From IMG/VR virus record IMGVR_UViG_3300009152_000029: a stretch of 64,000 bases of DNA. The stretch is one strand, 5' to 3'. Shown piece after piece: positions 46,954 through 56,101 of the stretch. The DNA is from an uncultured virus (IMG/VR IMGVR_UViG_3300009152_000029). Lineage: Duplodnaviria > Heunggongvirae > Uroviricota > Caudoviricetes. The notes beneath the pieces were generated by a model. It was given only the letters and a program-made list of their open reading frames with translations. It ran no database searches and was not told the origin of the DNA. Made by a program: the position numbers and the translations under genes. Numbering within the stretch: position 1 is the stretch's first letter; every line of letters begins with the position of its first letter.

Positions 46954-47307
46954 ATGTTCCATCAAACTATCATCGGCAAACCGAAGTGTTGTCTTAATAG
47001 AAATTGTAAAACTCAATTTACAAAATTATCTCACTTGGGTTGGTTGCCTAAGTCAGAAGTAGAAGTTTACGCTATTATGCGTTGTTCAAAATGTAAAGAT
47101 ACTTTTGCAATAATACAATTAATGTCAATGGCTCACGAGTATAAAGACAATTTACCAAAAGACAAAGATAAAAATATAGCGATAGGGCCAATAACAAAAA
47201 ATGAAAGTCTTGAGTTTAGAAAAAAGCTTGAAAATAAAGATGCTCTCAAAGAATTGATGGAAGGATATGTGCCTGGAGGAACTGTATTACCAGAAGAACC
47301 TGAATAA
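46954..47307 (+). CDS. Zn-ribbon protein (117 aa), unknown function
   Basis: CLNRNC...CSKC. SD GGAGG at 46943-46947 supports ATG 46954 over the GTG at 46936. Confidence 0.75.
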   Translation: MFHQTIIGKPKCCLNRNCKTQFTKLSHLGWLPKSEVEVYAIMRCSKCKDTFAIIQLMSMAHEYKDNLPKDKDKNIAIGPITKNESLEFRKKLENKDALKELMEGYVPGGTVLPEEPE

Positions 47308-47323
47308 TGTATAATCCTTTATT

Positions 47324-49018
47324 ATGAGTTACGCAATTGGAATTGATTTAGGAAGTACTTTTAGTGTAGTTTCTTATGTAAATGACAAAGATCAGCCAGA
47401 AGTTATCCCAAATGATTTAGGTGAAAGAATTACTCCCAGCGTAGTCAGTTTTGGTGATGAGATTTATGTAGGGCAATATGCTGTTGATATGGAGCAGCAT
47501 TTGCCCTTTTCTCATACTATACGTGTTGTAAAGAGGCAAATGGGGACTAATAAGAGATTTGAAATAAATAGCAAATCCTACAGCCCAGAAGAAGTTTCAT
47601 CATACATCCTAAAGTATCTTAAAAATTGCGCAGAGAGGCATTTGGGCAAAGAAGTAACTGAAGCTGTAATTACTGTCCCTGCATATTTCAACAACGACCA
47701 AAGGCAATCTACTAAAACAGCTGGAGAATTAGCTGGTCTTAAAGTATTACGTATCATCAATGAACCTACTGCAGCATCTTTGGCATATGGTCTAGATAAG
47801 AAAAATGATGCAACGATTTTAGTATATGACTTAGGCGGAGGAACATTTGATGTCACCTTGCTTAAGCTTATGGACGGTGTTGACTTCCACGTTCAATCTA
47901 CATCTGGTAATACATCTCTTGGTGGTGTTGATTTTGATGAAGCACTTGGAAAAGTAATTCTTAGCAAAACTAATGTTACTTTAGATCAGATTGATTTAAG
48001 AAATATCTCTGAGAAGACTAAAAAGATGCTTTCTCATATGACTGTGGCTAATGTAATGGTTGGAAAAGAGCCACTCAAGATTAATCGTGAAGAATTTGAA
48101 GAATCTATCAAGACATACATTGATAAAACAATGCTCTGTGTCAATGATGCATTACGAGACGCTAATTTAAAAACTGACAAAATTGATGAAATTGTTTTTG
48201 TTGGTGGCAGTACAAGAATTCCACTAATAGAAAGAGTAATAGAAGAAAAGTTCGGAAAAAAGCCCAATAAGTCAATTAATCCTGACGAAGCTGTTTCTGT
48301 CGGTGCAGCTATTCAAGCATCAGTTTTGACAGGAAAATCAAGCAGAGAAGTTTATTTGCTTGATGTTACACCACTTTCTTTAGGTATAGAGACACAAGGT
48401 GGGATTATGAGTATCTTAATTCCCAGAAATACTCAAGTACCCTCAGTTGTTAAGGAAATCTTTACAACTGCATATGATAATCAAACAGAAGTTGATGTAA
48501 AGATTTATCAAGGAGAGAGACCCAAAACAGTAGATAATTTGTTGCTTGGGGAATTTAAACTTGATGGGGTAGAAGAAAAACCAAGAGGATTGCCAAAACT
48601 TGAAGTCACGTTTCAAATTGATCCAAATGGAATTCTTTCAGTCAAAGCCACAAGTTTGGATAATGGAATAGAAAAAGACATTGAGATTACAGGCAGATCG
48701 TCGTTATCAAGTCAAGAAATATCAAAAATTATTGATGAAGCACAACAACACAAAGACGAAGATGAGCACTTTAGAAAGATTACAAATATGCACGATCTTC
48801 TTTATGATTGTGAAATTCAAATTGAAGAATTACTTAGAACTAATGTTTTAGATAAACTTGATGTTAATGAATTACTAGATCTCAAGAAATCAATAGAACA
48901 AGATGGCAAAAGTCACAATATTGAGTTACTTTCAAGTCTCTTAGAAAGTGCAAAAGAAACTATTAAAGAAATCTCTCTAAAAGTTCATGACATAGCAAAA
49001 AAGAAAGTCAATCTATGA
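47324..49018 (+). CDS. dnaK: Hsp70/DnaK chaperone, compact form (564 aa)
   Basis: GIDLGST, TVPAYFN, INEPTAA, DLGGGTFDV, VGGSTRIP, linker LLDVTPLSLG, full substrate-binding domain. Shortened C-terminus. Confidence 0.97.
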   Translation: MSYAIGIDLGSTFSVVSYVNDKDQPEVIPNDLGERITPSVVSFGDEIYVGQYAVDMEQHLPFSHTIRVVKRQMGTNKRFEINSKSYSPEEVSSYILKYLKNCAERHLGKEVTEAVITVPAYFNNDQRQSTKTAGELAGLKVLRIINEPTAASLAYGLDKKNDATILVYDLGGGTFDVTLLKLMDGVDFHVQSTSGNTSLGGVDFDEALGKVILSKTNVTLDQIDLRNISEKTKKMLSHMTVANVMVGKEPLKINREEFEESIKTYIDKTMLCVNDALRDANLKTDKIDEIVFVGGSTRIPLIERVIEEKFGKKPNKSINPDEAVSVGAAIQASVLTGKSSREVYLLDVTPLSLGIETQGGIMSILIPRNTQVPSVVKEIFTTAYDNQTEVDVKIYQGERPKTVDNLLLGEFKLDGVEEKPRGLPKLEVTFQIDPNGILSVKATSLDNGIEKDIEITGRSSLSSQEISKIIDEAQQHKDEDEHFRKITNMHDLLYDCEIQIEELLRTNVLDKLDVNELLDLKKSIEQDGKSHNIELLSSLLESAKETIKEISLKVHDIAKKKVNL

Positions 49019-49416
49019 TAAAATTCGCAAATATAGCTAGTATTGTTTGTGTTTTGCACTGCACGATATTACCTTTATTTATGATATTTTTGCCTACTTC
49101 AGCTCTTTACTTGATGCTTGATTCAAAAATAGAATTTATTTTATTATTTATATCTTGCGCAATAAATATTTATAATGTTTGCTTTGGAATCAAAACTCAC
49201 AAAAATTACAATATATTATGGTTTTTCTCTTTAGGAATTATCATAACATTTGCAGGTTATTTTTTAAATGAACACAAGCATTCCGATCATAAAGAAATAA
49301 ATTACTTAATGATTATTGGTTCATTGATGCTTATATTTTCAAATATATTAAACAATAAAATTTGCAAACTTTGCAGAGTGTGTAATACAGGAAATTCAAA
49401 ATGCCAAAAAAAATAG
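49015..49416 (+). CDS. MerC-family membrane protein (metal transport-like)
   Basis: ASIVCVLHCTILPL matches the MerC-family C-x-x-H-C-x-x-x-P motif. About 4 TM helices, His-rich loop EHKHSDH, Cys-rich tail. Confidence 0.75.
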   Translation: MIKFANIASIVCVLHCTILPLFMIFLPTSALYLMLDSKIEFILLFISCAINIYNVCFGIKTHKNYNILWFFSLGIIITFAGYFLNEHKHSDHKEINYLMIIGSLMLIFSNILNNKICKLCRVCNTGNSKCQKK

Positions 49417-49892
49417 ATAGAAATAATATTCACAATGATGATCGTTATGAAACTATTCCTATCCTTTTAGAAAAAGTAATAGTAGACTCTGAAACCAGAG
49501 TTTTTATATTACTGAGTGATGGGTTGAAAAAAGTGGCCTGTGAGATTGCTCCGTACGAAGCTAGTTTGTTGAATTTTGTTATTAAGGATTATCACTTAAA
49601 CGCTCACGTTATGATCATACATCAAATGTTTTTGCGTTTACTGAATCATTATAATTCAAGTGTTGAAAGTATTTGTATAGAGAACAGAGTAGGAGATGTC
49701 ATATATGCATCTGTAAAATTCACTGATTATAAGAAAAATAATTATTTTTCTGTTTGTTCTCTTGTTGATAGTTTAATTTTATCCATATTATCCCATACAA
49801 ATTTATTTGTTTTACGAAATGTATGGGACAATATGGATGAGTTGGATGAAGACTGGGATTTTGAAACTTATATGTCTGACGATACCGACTGA
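49401..49892 (+). CDS. Degenerate bifunctional-nuclease (DUF151/BFN)-like protein
   Basis: Spacing pattern I-x-x-x-EA...H...VxxIxI...YA...D-x-L-x-L follows DUF151, but the RP-THD and DARPSD motifs are altered. Confidence 0.55.
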   Translation: MPKKIDRNNIHNDDRYETIPILLEKVIVDSETRVFILLSDGLKKVACEIAPYEASLLNFVIKDYHLNAHVMIIHQMFLRLLNHYNSSVESICIENRVGDVIYASVKFTDYKKNNYFSVCSLVDSLILSILSHTNLFVLRNVWDNMDELDEDWDFETYMSDDTD

Positions 49893-50912
49893 TTAGACGA
49901 CATAACACATAAAGTCAAATTCAACTGTCAAGATACCTGTGCTGACTGAGAACGCTGTTGCATTGATAATTGATTTTGAAAGACCAATACCAGCAATAAG
50001 ATCTTGCCATGTTGCTACTACACCAGGATTTCCTCCAGTGCCACCAGCAATCTCAAGAGCAAAAGTAACATCTTCTGTAGATGCTAAGATTGTCTTACCA
50101 GCTGTTTGAGTAGTAATTCCAGCAGTAGTTTCAGAAGCATAGGTTGAACCTACAACAACAGCGCCTTTGCCCTTACCAGAAATGGTAATTCCATTAACAC
50201 CGATATGTGGGAACTGGCTACCATATGCCCAAGAAATACCAAATCCACCAAGAACTGATGGGATTACAGTACCACCGCCACCAGAATATCTGTAACCATC
50301 GTTAGGATTAGTAAAGTCGTATGGGTTGATAAAGTAAGCTTTTGAAGTTTCGACGTTTACGTCTACATTAGCTTCTTGAATGAAATATTGTCTTCCGCCG
50401 ATTTTAGCACGGAAGTCATAGAATCTTGCAACTCTTGTAGGGCCAAAAGCTGTAGTACCAGAACCACCAGTACCAACTGGATTTAATGATGGGTGAGGTG
50501 TTGTTGAGTTTACAAGATAGAAACCAGAGTTACCTGAAGCTGCGTTACCATCTGACTCTAATGTGACAGAAACAGATCCACCACCTTCACTAATCGAATA
50601 TGATGCTGATTTTAAAATTGGTAGAGTTGCTGTAGCTGGATTCAAAATTTCAGTAATTTTATTACCAACAAGAGCTCTACCGTCATAGGCCGCACCACCA
50701 CCAATAAGCATAGGCGCAGTAATAGAAATAGTTTCTGTTACACCACCGATATCCATAATTCTTGTCTTAGGGCTACCAGCAATCAGAACTTTTGGCTGCG
50801 CATCGATTGAAACATTTCTGTTAGCACTTTCAACAATGTATGAAATTGCTGTACCAGATGTTAATACGTATACTTGCTTATAAATACCAAGAATGTCGTT
50901 ATTAATAGGCAT
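49893..50912 (-). CDS. Putative tail tube/major tail protein
   Basis: Beta-strand-rich and G/T/S-rich, C-terminus TVEFDFMCY, paralogous to the adjacent gene. ATG 50912 preferred to TTG 50921. Confidence 0.5.
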   Translation of the reverse strand: MPINNDILGIYKQVYVLTSGTAISYIVESANRNVSIDAQPKVLIAGSPKTRIMDIGGVTETISITAPMLIGGGAAYDGRALVGNKITEILNPATATLPILKSASYSISEGGGSVSVTLESDGNAASGNSGFYLVNSTTPHPSLNPVGTGGSGTTAFGPTRVARFYDFRAKIGGRQYFIQEANVDVNVETSKAYFINPYDFTNPNDGYRYSGGGGTVIPSVLGGFGISWAYGSQFPHIGVNGITISGKGKGAVVVGSTYASETTAGITTQTAGKTILASTEDVTFALEIAGGTGGNPGVVATWQDLIAGIGLSKSIINATAFSVSTGILTVEFDFMCYVV

Positions 50913-51000
50913 TTTTTTCAACTCACTTTCAAAAGATTTCTTTAATTCTTTTGTTTTTTTAGGCTATTCAATTTATTCTTATAATTAATTTGGTTTACCT

Positions 51001-51957
51001 TTATAAAAAAGTAAACAGTCGATCATCCAACATAGAATCATCTGGTTTATTAATTCCAACCCACTCTGTAGTTCTCCTTATTACTTGTGTTGTTAATGGA
51101 GATTGAGCAATTTTGAAAACTGGGTTATAAAAAGTGGTTCTTAAGTTTCCAATGTCTAAAGTTAAGTTTTCATCATGCATCAAACCACCGTGGATGAAAG
51201 TATATAAATCAAGACCGTTTCTGATAACTTCTGTAAATTCTCCAGACCACTTAGTAGATTGAACTGCTAGAAGCTCAATCTGATCTTTTTGTTCAGTAAC
51301 TCCAGAACCAACAAATTTATTTGAATAATAAGGCATAAGAAATACTGGTGTTACCACTTCATTTTCAATATTGATTGTTATTGAAGATGTGCCTCTCATT
51401 GATGATTCTTTTCTAAATGCATTACAATCAGCAAAATTTAGCCTTCTTCCCATAAGATAATCAGACGAAAAATCAAATGTAGATTCCGTTTCTATGTCAA
51501 GCATTCCTATAAAATCAACACTTGCATTAACGTCTCCACCTTCACTGACAGTAATTTTAAGATTACTTATAACACAAGAATCTAGAGATAAATTTTTGTT
51601 ATCATCTGTGCCTGGATTAACTACAGTGGTTGAAAATGAAGAAAGAACGTTGTGAGTGTCTATTCTCAAGGAAGTCATAGGCTTTGCTGCGTGACGTAAA
51701 ATTACTTTTGCTGCTTCTTCTAAATTACCATTTTGATCTACACGTAAAGGAAATGAAAAATTACCCACATGCTTTCTAGCACCTAGATTGTAGATAGCAT
51801 AGGCAGGACCACCTTGAATGTAATTATTTACATTATGCTCTTGTTCTTGATTGATGTTGCATTGCTCGACAATAAGGTAATTTCCATTAACACATATACT
51901 TTTTGTGTTAAGACCAGAAGAAAGCTCAGCTCTTGAAAGAATTCCAGGAAAAGCCAT
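51001..51957 (-). CDS. Putative tail tube-like protein, paralog of 49893-50912
   Basis: SCVISNLKITVSEGGDVNASVDFIG is typical of tail-tube folds. The ATG at 51957 overlaps the upstream TAA. Confidence 0.5.
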   Translation of the reverse strand: MAFPGILSRAELSSGLNTKSICVNGNYLIVEQCNINQEQEHNVNNYIQGGPAYAIYNLGARKHVGNFSFPLRVDQNGNLEEAAKVILRHAAKPMTSLRIDTHNVLSSFSTTVVNPGTDDNKNLSLDSCVISNLKITVSEGGDVNASVDFIGMLDIETESTFDFSSDYLMGRRLNFADCNAFRKESSMRGTSSITINIENEVVTPVFLMPYYSNKFVGSGVTEQKDQIELLAVQSTKWSGEFTEVIRNGLDLYTFIHGGLMHDENLTLDIGNLRTTFYNPVFKIAQSPLTTQVIRRTTEWVGINKPDDSMLDDRLFTFL

Positions 51958-52274
51958 TACCACTCACCACTCTTGACATCAAAAAAGCTCTTGAATGTAG
52001 CTTGAATACTTCCTGATGCCTTCCAGGAATATTTATGTACACCTGTTCTGCTTGGAGTCCATTGTTTATAATATATGCCAGTCGCAATACCAGCTTGAAC
52101 AGGCTCTGAGTTTCCGCTACCTGAACCTGACCCAAAATAATAAGTATAGCCAATTCCCCCTGGTTCAGTCATATAAAAGGTTAAACCAGTAGTTGTAACT
52201 CCATATCCACTTTCATCTTTTAATTCAGCATAAATATTAAGAGTTGTACCTGTTAAGAATTCGTTATTAAGCAT
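51957..52274 (-). CDS. Small Ig-like putative structural protein (105 aa)
   Basis: P-G-G...TGIYY...GVHKYSW pattern. AAGGA SD upstream. Confidence 0.6.
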   Translation of the reverse strand: MLNNEFLTGTTLNIYAELKDESGYGVTTTGLTFYMTEPGGIGYTYYFGSGSGSGNSEPVQAGIATGIYYKQWTPSRTGVHKYSWKASGSIQATFKSFFDVKSGEW

Positions 52275-52288
52275 ATTTTAATTCCTTA

Positions 52289-53119
52289 TCAATACCCATA
52301 AGGTGTTTTAGTGCTGTTGAAATTTCCTTGAATTTCAGTAGATGTAAGTGCCTTTTTATAAGCGTGAACTTGAGCAATGTATCCGTAGAAGTATCTTGAA
52401 ACAGGATAATCACTTCGTCCAACTTCAGTGTAGTTTGTTGGAGTGTTGATTCTTGCAGCTGAACCTGTGTATCCTATAGCACCATTAACAAATACTTGAG
52501 GTCTTCTGTCTGATAAAATGTTCAAAGTAATATAATGCCAATGATTGCTTGTAATGGCAATTCCTGTGTTAAACCATTGGCTATCTCCATATCTTACGTA
52601 AATATTTCCAGATGTAATACCATCTCTATTTATGGAAAAGCCATAACCATTTAGTCTAGCTTCACTACCGTTGTATACAATCATCTGACCAGCTATTAGG
52701 TTGTTAGAAGTCTTAACCCAGGCAGACATACTTACATTAGTTGTGTTTTGAGTAATATTTCTTCCAATTCCAAAGTATGTGTCAGTACCATCAAATATAA
52801 ATGCTTTTGAATTACCTGTGCCTGTTACAGCCGCCCCATTGTAAAAAATACCGTTATTTCCATACGATGTTAAGTCGTACCAGTATAATCCAGTGCCAGG
52901 ATATGAATCAGTATCTGAAGCTCTTAAATTAAGTATCAAGTCGGTGGTGCTTAAGAAAGTGGTTGAACCTGAACCAGACTCACCACCACCGCCTCCACCA
53001 CCGCCATCTGTGCCACCAGTCCCCCCAGAATCATAAGCTGGTGGGATGACAACTCCATTTTTTGAAGAGTCAAAATAATACTTTTTATGTATCCAAGATT
53101 CTATTGTATAGTTTTCCAT
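52289..53119 (-). CDS. LamG/concanavalin A-like domain protein with Gly-rich linker
   Basis: SYPGTGLYWYDLT...FDGTDTY...SMSAWVK...WHYI...VFVNG...YKKALTSTEIQGNF. Confidence 0.85.
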   Translation of the reverse strand: MENYTIESWIHKKYYFDSSKNGVVIPPAYDSGGTGGTDGGGGGGGGESGSGSTTFLSTTDLILNLRASDTDSYPGTGLYWYDLTSYGNNGIFYNGAAVTGTGNSKAFIFDGTDTYFGIGRNITQNTTNVSMSAWVKTSNNLIAGQMIVYNGSEARLNGYGFSINRDGITSGNIYVRYGDSQWFNTGIAITSNHWHYITLNILSDRRPQVFVNGAIGYTGSAARINTPTNYTEVGRSDYPVSRYFYGYIAQVHAYKKALTSTEIQGNFNSTKTPYGY

Positions 53120-53165
53120 TGCAAGTCCTAATTATATTTTTCCAATAAACACCTGCAATACCTAT

Positions 53166-53196
53166 AAAAAAAGCTGTAGATTGAGTTCTACAGCTT
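53166..53196 (-). terminator. Intrinsic terminator overlapping the stop codon of 53188-53574
   Basis: 10-bp stem AAGCTGTAGA/TCTACAGCTT followed by a T-run on the minus strand. Confidence 0.7.
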
Positions 53197-53574
53197 GAAA
53201 ATTTTATTTACTCCATTATCCCATTGCAAAGTTACATTTCCTCCACTAGGCGTAAAAGGTAAGTTTGTTGAGTCATTAATGTGAGCTACAAGTTTTTTTG
53301 AAGAATCATGGAAAATTACAAATTGCGTTACAGTTGTTCCAGCTACGCTTGATAATGTAATGTCATTAGCATCTGCTACACCAGCACCAGGGACTAATGT
53401 TGATAAACCACCTGAGATAGCAACTGTTCCACCAATATTTGCTGTCGTTGTATGACTTGATAGATTTACTGAATATGCTGACGAAAGTAAAATTACTTTG
53501 AAAGTATCAGAACTCCAGTTGAATTCACCCTTGAGGAATCCATCTCTACCACTGTCATACAACGAATTAGCCAT
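53188..53574 (-). CDS. Small phage virion structural protein (128 aa)
   Basis: MANSLYDSGRDGFL..FNWSSDTFKVIL...DANDIT...LPFTPSGGNVTLQW..IFKL resembles a widespread phage minor structural family. ATG 53574 lies 7 nt after the gyrA stop. Confidence 0.7.
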   Translation of the reverse strand: MANSLYDSGRDGFLKGEFNWSSDTFKVILLSSAYSVNLSSHTTTANIGGTVAISGGLSTLVPGAGVADANDITLSSVAGTTVTQFVIFHDSSKKLVAHINDSTNLPFTPSGGNVTLQWDNGVNKIFKL

Positions 53575-53581
53575 AATTATT

Positions 53582-56101
53582 TTATTCTGTAAACTCCTCT
53601 TCAAAGTCCTTATTTGAAGTTGGAACTACACTAACAGTTTGCACAGTGTCTCCGTCATCAAGGGACACAATGTTATTTGCTTGTGTGACTTTGGATTTAT
53701 TTCGAAGAGAGTCAAGATTACATCTCATCATTTTGCCCTTGTTTGTAAGCACTAATATTTCATCATTATCTGATAATGCCACTGCACTTACAATTTTTCC
53801 AGAAGCTTCTCTCTTAAGAGTGTTGATTGTTCTTTGGCCTTTGACTGCTCTACCAGCAGTAGAACGGTATTCAGAAGCAAAAGTCTTCTTACCCTTACCA
53901 AATTCAGTAATTACCAGAATTGAAGGATCAGCATCAGCATCAATTGCTAGAACTGCAGCAATTGTATCTTCTGCTTTTAGAAGCATTGAGCGACTACCTT
54001 GCCCATTTTTGCCAATACACCGTACAAGATTTTCTGAATACCTTACAGCCATTCCCATTGCTGTGACAATCATAACATCTTGAGTACCATCTGTTTGCAT
54101 TACAAATGCTAACTCATCATTTTCAGTTAATGAGATGGCCTTTAGTCCTCTTTTACGAAGACTGGTGTTGTAGTCTCTAATCTCAGACCTCTTGATGAGA
54201 CCTTTCTTAGTGACCATAACAAAGTTGCCATCAACATCTAAACTTTTGAGTGTAATTGTTGATGATACTGATTCTGCTTCAGTCAAGTTCAAAAGATTGT
54301 TAAGATGAACACCCTTGGAAGTTCTTGTTGCTAATGGAATTTCATAGCCCTTTTTCTTCAGCAAATTACCTTGATTTGTAAAGAACAAGAACAAATCGTG
54401 AGTCGTGCCTGAAAAGAAGTCTGAAGCCTCATCTTCTTCACGAGACTTTACGCCAATGACACCTTTTCCACCACGATTTTGTGTCTTGAAAGTATCCAAT
54501 GGAACACGCTTGATGTAGCCATCTTTTGTAAGAGATACGATGATTTGCTCTTCTTTAATCAAGTCTTCATAATTGAAATCTTCTATGGAAGGTACAATTT
54601 CTGACCGTCTATCATCGCCAATCTTTGCAGCAAGATCAAGTTGCTCTTTAGAAATTAGCCTGAGCATTTTCTTTTCTGAAGAAAGCTGTTCAACAAGCCA
54701 CTCATTTCGGTGTGTGAGCTTTGAGAACTCATCAGTCATAGAGTTGACATCAAGTTTAGTAAGATTTCCCAAAGTAATCTTCAAAACTGCATCAGCCTGC
54801 TCAGGAGACTTTACAAATCCTTGGGCAATGAGTTCTTGTTGTGCCACATTCCTATCATCAGCTTGACGGATGAGCTTAATAACCGAATCAATTTTAGCGG
54901 TAATGCCAATGAGACCATCAAGGATATGGAGTCTTCGATTATTTTTATCAAGTTCTGCATTAAATTTTCTAGTTAAAACATCTTTGCGGTGTTCTACAAA
55001 TGTTTCTACAAGTTTGATAATAGGAACATTTTCAACAACTTTCTTGCCACCCATAAGTACTGTTGAGTTAACAGAGAAATTTGTTCGCAAAGAAGTATGC
55101 TTGAGAATTAGATTTAAAACAACATTTGAATTTGCTGATTTATGGATCCAAATCCTGACATCCATACCCTTCTTGTTTGTAAGATTCTTGAGGTTTGTGA
55201 TGCCTTCAATTTTCTTAGATTCAACAAGTTCTTTGATTTCACGACAAAAGCCTTCAGCAGAACCACCGTATGGAAGTGCAGTGACCTTAATGTAAAGCTG
55301 ACCGTTCTTCTCAGATTCAATTGTATGGTAGCCTTCCAATTGAATAGAGCCCCTTCCAGTTGTAAAGTAACTCTTCACTCCATTAGTTCCGAGAATCTTA
55401 CAAGGTAGAGGGAAATCTGGGCCTGGAACAATCTCTAAAATTTCATCTACTGTAATTTCAGGATTTTTGATATAAGCGTCAATCAAATTAGCCACTTCAC
55501 GCAAGTTATGAGGTGCCATATTTGTCGCCCAGCCAACAGCAATTCCAGAACACCCATTGATTAATAGGTTTGGAATCAGGGAAGGCATAACAGTTGGTTC
55601 CATCAACTCATCATTGTAGTTAGATACATAATCTACAACTTGATTTGAAAGCTCAGCAACCATTTGATCACCAAAAGCAGAAAATTTCGCTTCGGTGTAA
55701 CGCATAGCAGCAGGCTTGTCTTCTGGTGCTGGTGAGCCAAAGTTTCCTTGAGGGGAAATCAATGGGTAGCGCAAAGACCAAACTTGTGCCATACGAACAA
55801 GTGTTGGATAGACAACCGCTTCTCCGTGAGGATGGTAGTTACCTGAAACATCACCACAGATCTTTGCACATTTTTTAGTCTTACCAGATGAACGCAAATT
55901 CAAGTCATTCATTGCGACAAGAGTTCTGCGTTGGGATGGCTTTAAACCATCCCTTGCATCAGGCAGAGCACGATCTTCCATTACTGCAAAAGCGTAATTG
56001 GTAAACCGATCATCTAAGAGTTCGATGAACTCTTTGTTGATAATGTGGTCTTCTTTATCAATAATTGTTGTTGTATCTTCAACCTTTGGTCTTCTAGCCA
56101 T
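53582..56101 (-). CDS. gyrA: DNA gyrase subunit A
   Basis: RALPDARDGLKP, YHPHG, catalytic AAMRYTE, GyrA-box QNRGGKG, C-terminal beta-pinwheel repeats, acidic tail. Confidence 0.97.
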   Translation of the reverse strand: MARRPKVEDTTTIIDKEDHIINKEFIELLDDRFTNYAFAVMEDRALPDARDGLKPSQRRTLVAMNDLNLRSSGKTKKCAKICGDVSGNYHPHGEAVVYPTLVRMAQVWSLRYPLISPQGNFGSPAPEDKPAAMRYTEAKFSAFGDQMVAELSNQVVDYVSNYNDELMEPTVMPSLIPNLLINGCSGIAVGWATNMAPHNLREVANLIDAYIKNPEITVDEILEIVPGPDFPLPCKILGTNGVKSYFTTGRGSIQLEGYHTIESEKNGQLYIKVTALPYGGSAEGFCREIKELVESKKIEGITNLKNLTNKKGMDVRIWIHKSANSNVVLNLILKHTSLRTNFSVNSTVLMGGKKVVENVPIIKLVETFVEHRKDVLTRKFNAELDKNNRRLHILDGLIGITAKIDSVIKLIRQADDRNVAQQELIAQGFVKSPEQADAVLKITLGNLTKLDVNSMTDEFSKLTHRNEWLVEQLSSEKKMLRLISKEQLDLAAKIGDDRRSEIVPSIEDFNYEDLIKEEQIIVSLTKDGYIKRVPLDTFKTQNRGGKGVIGVKSREEDEASDFFSGTTHDLFLFFTNQGNLLKKKGYEIPLATRTSKGVHLNNLLNLTEAESVSSTITLKSLDVDGNFVMVTKKGLIKRSEIRDYNTSLRKRGLKAISLTENDELAFVMQTDGTQDVMIVTAMGMAVRYSENLVRCIGKNGQGSRSMLLKAEDTIAAVLAIDADADPSILVITEFGKGKKTFASEYRSTAGRAVKGQRTINTLKREASGKIVSAVALSDNDEILVLTNKGKMMRCNLDSLRNKSKVTQANNIVSLDDGDTVQTVSVVPTSNKDFEEEFTE

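Noticed and set aside
490..48267. Many short minus-strand or alternate-frame ORFs nested in the large + strand genes
   Set aside because: Fully overlapped by long motif-bearing genes; composition is typical of shadow ORFs.
52966..53030. GC-rich CCA/CCG repeat tract
   Set aside because: It simply encodes the Gly-rich linker of the LamG protein.
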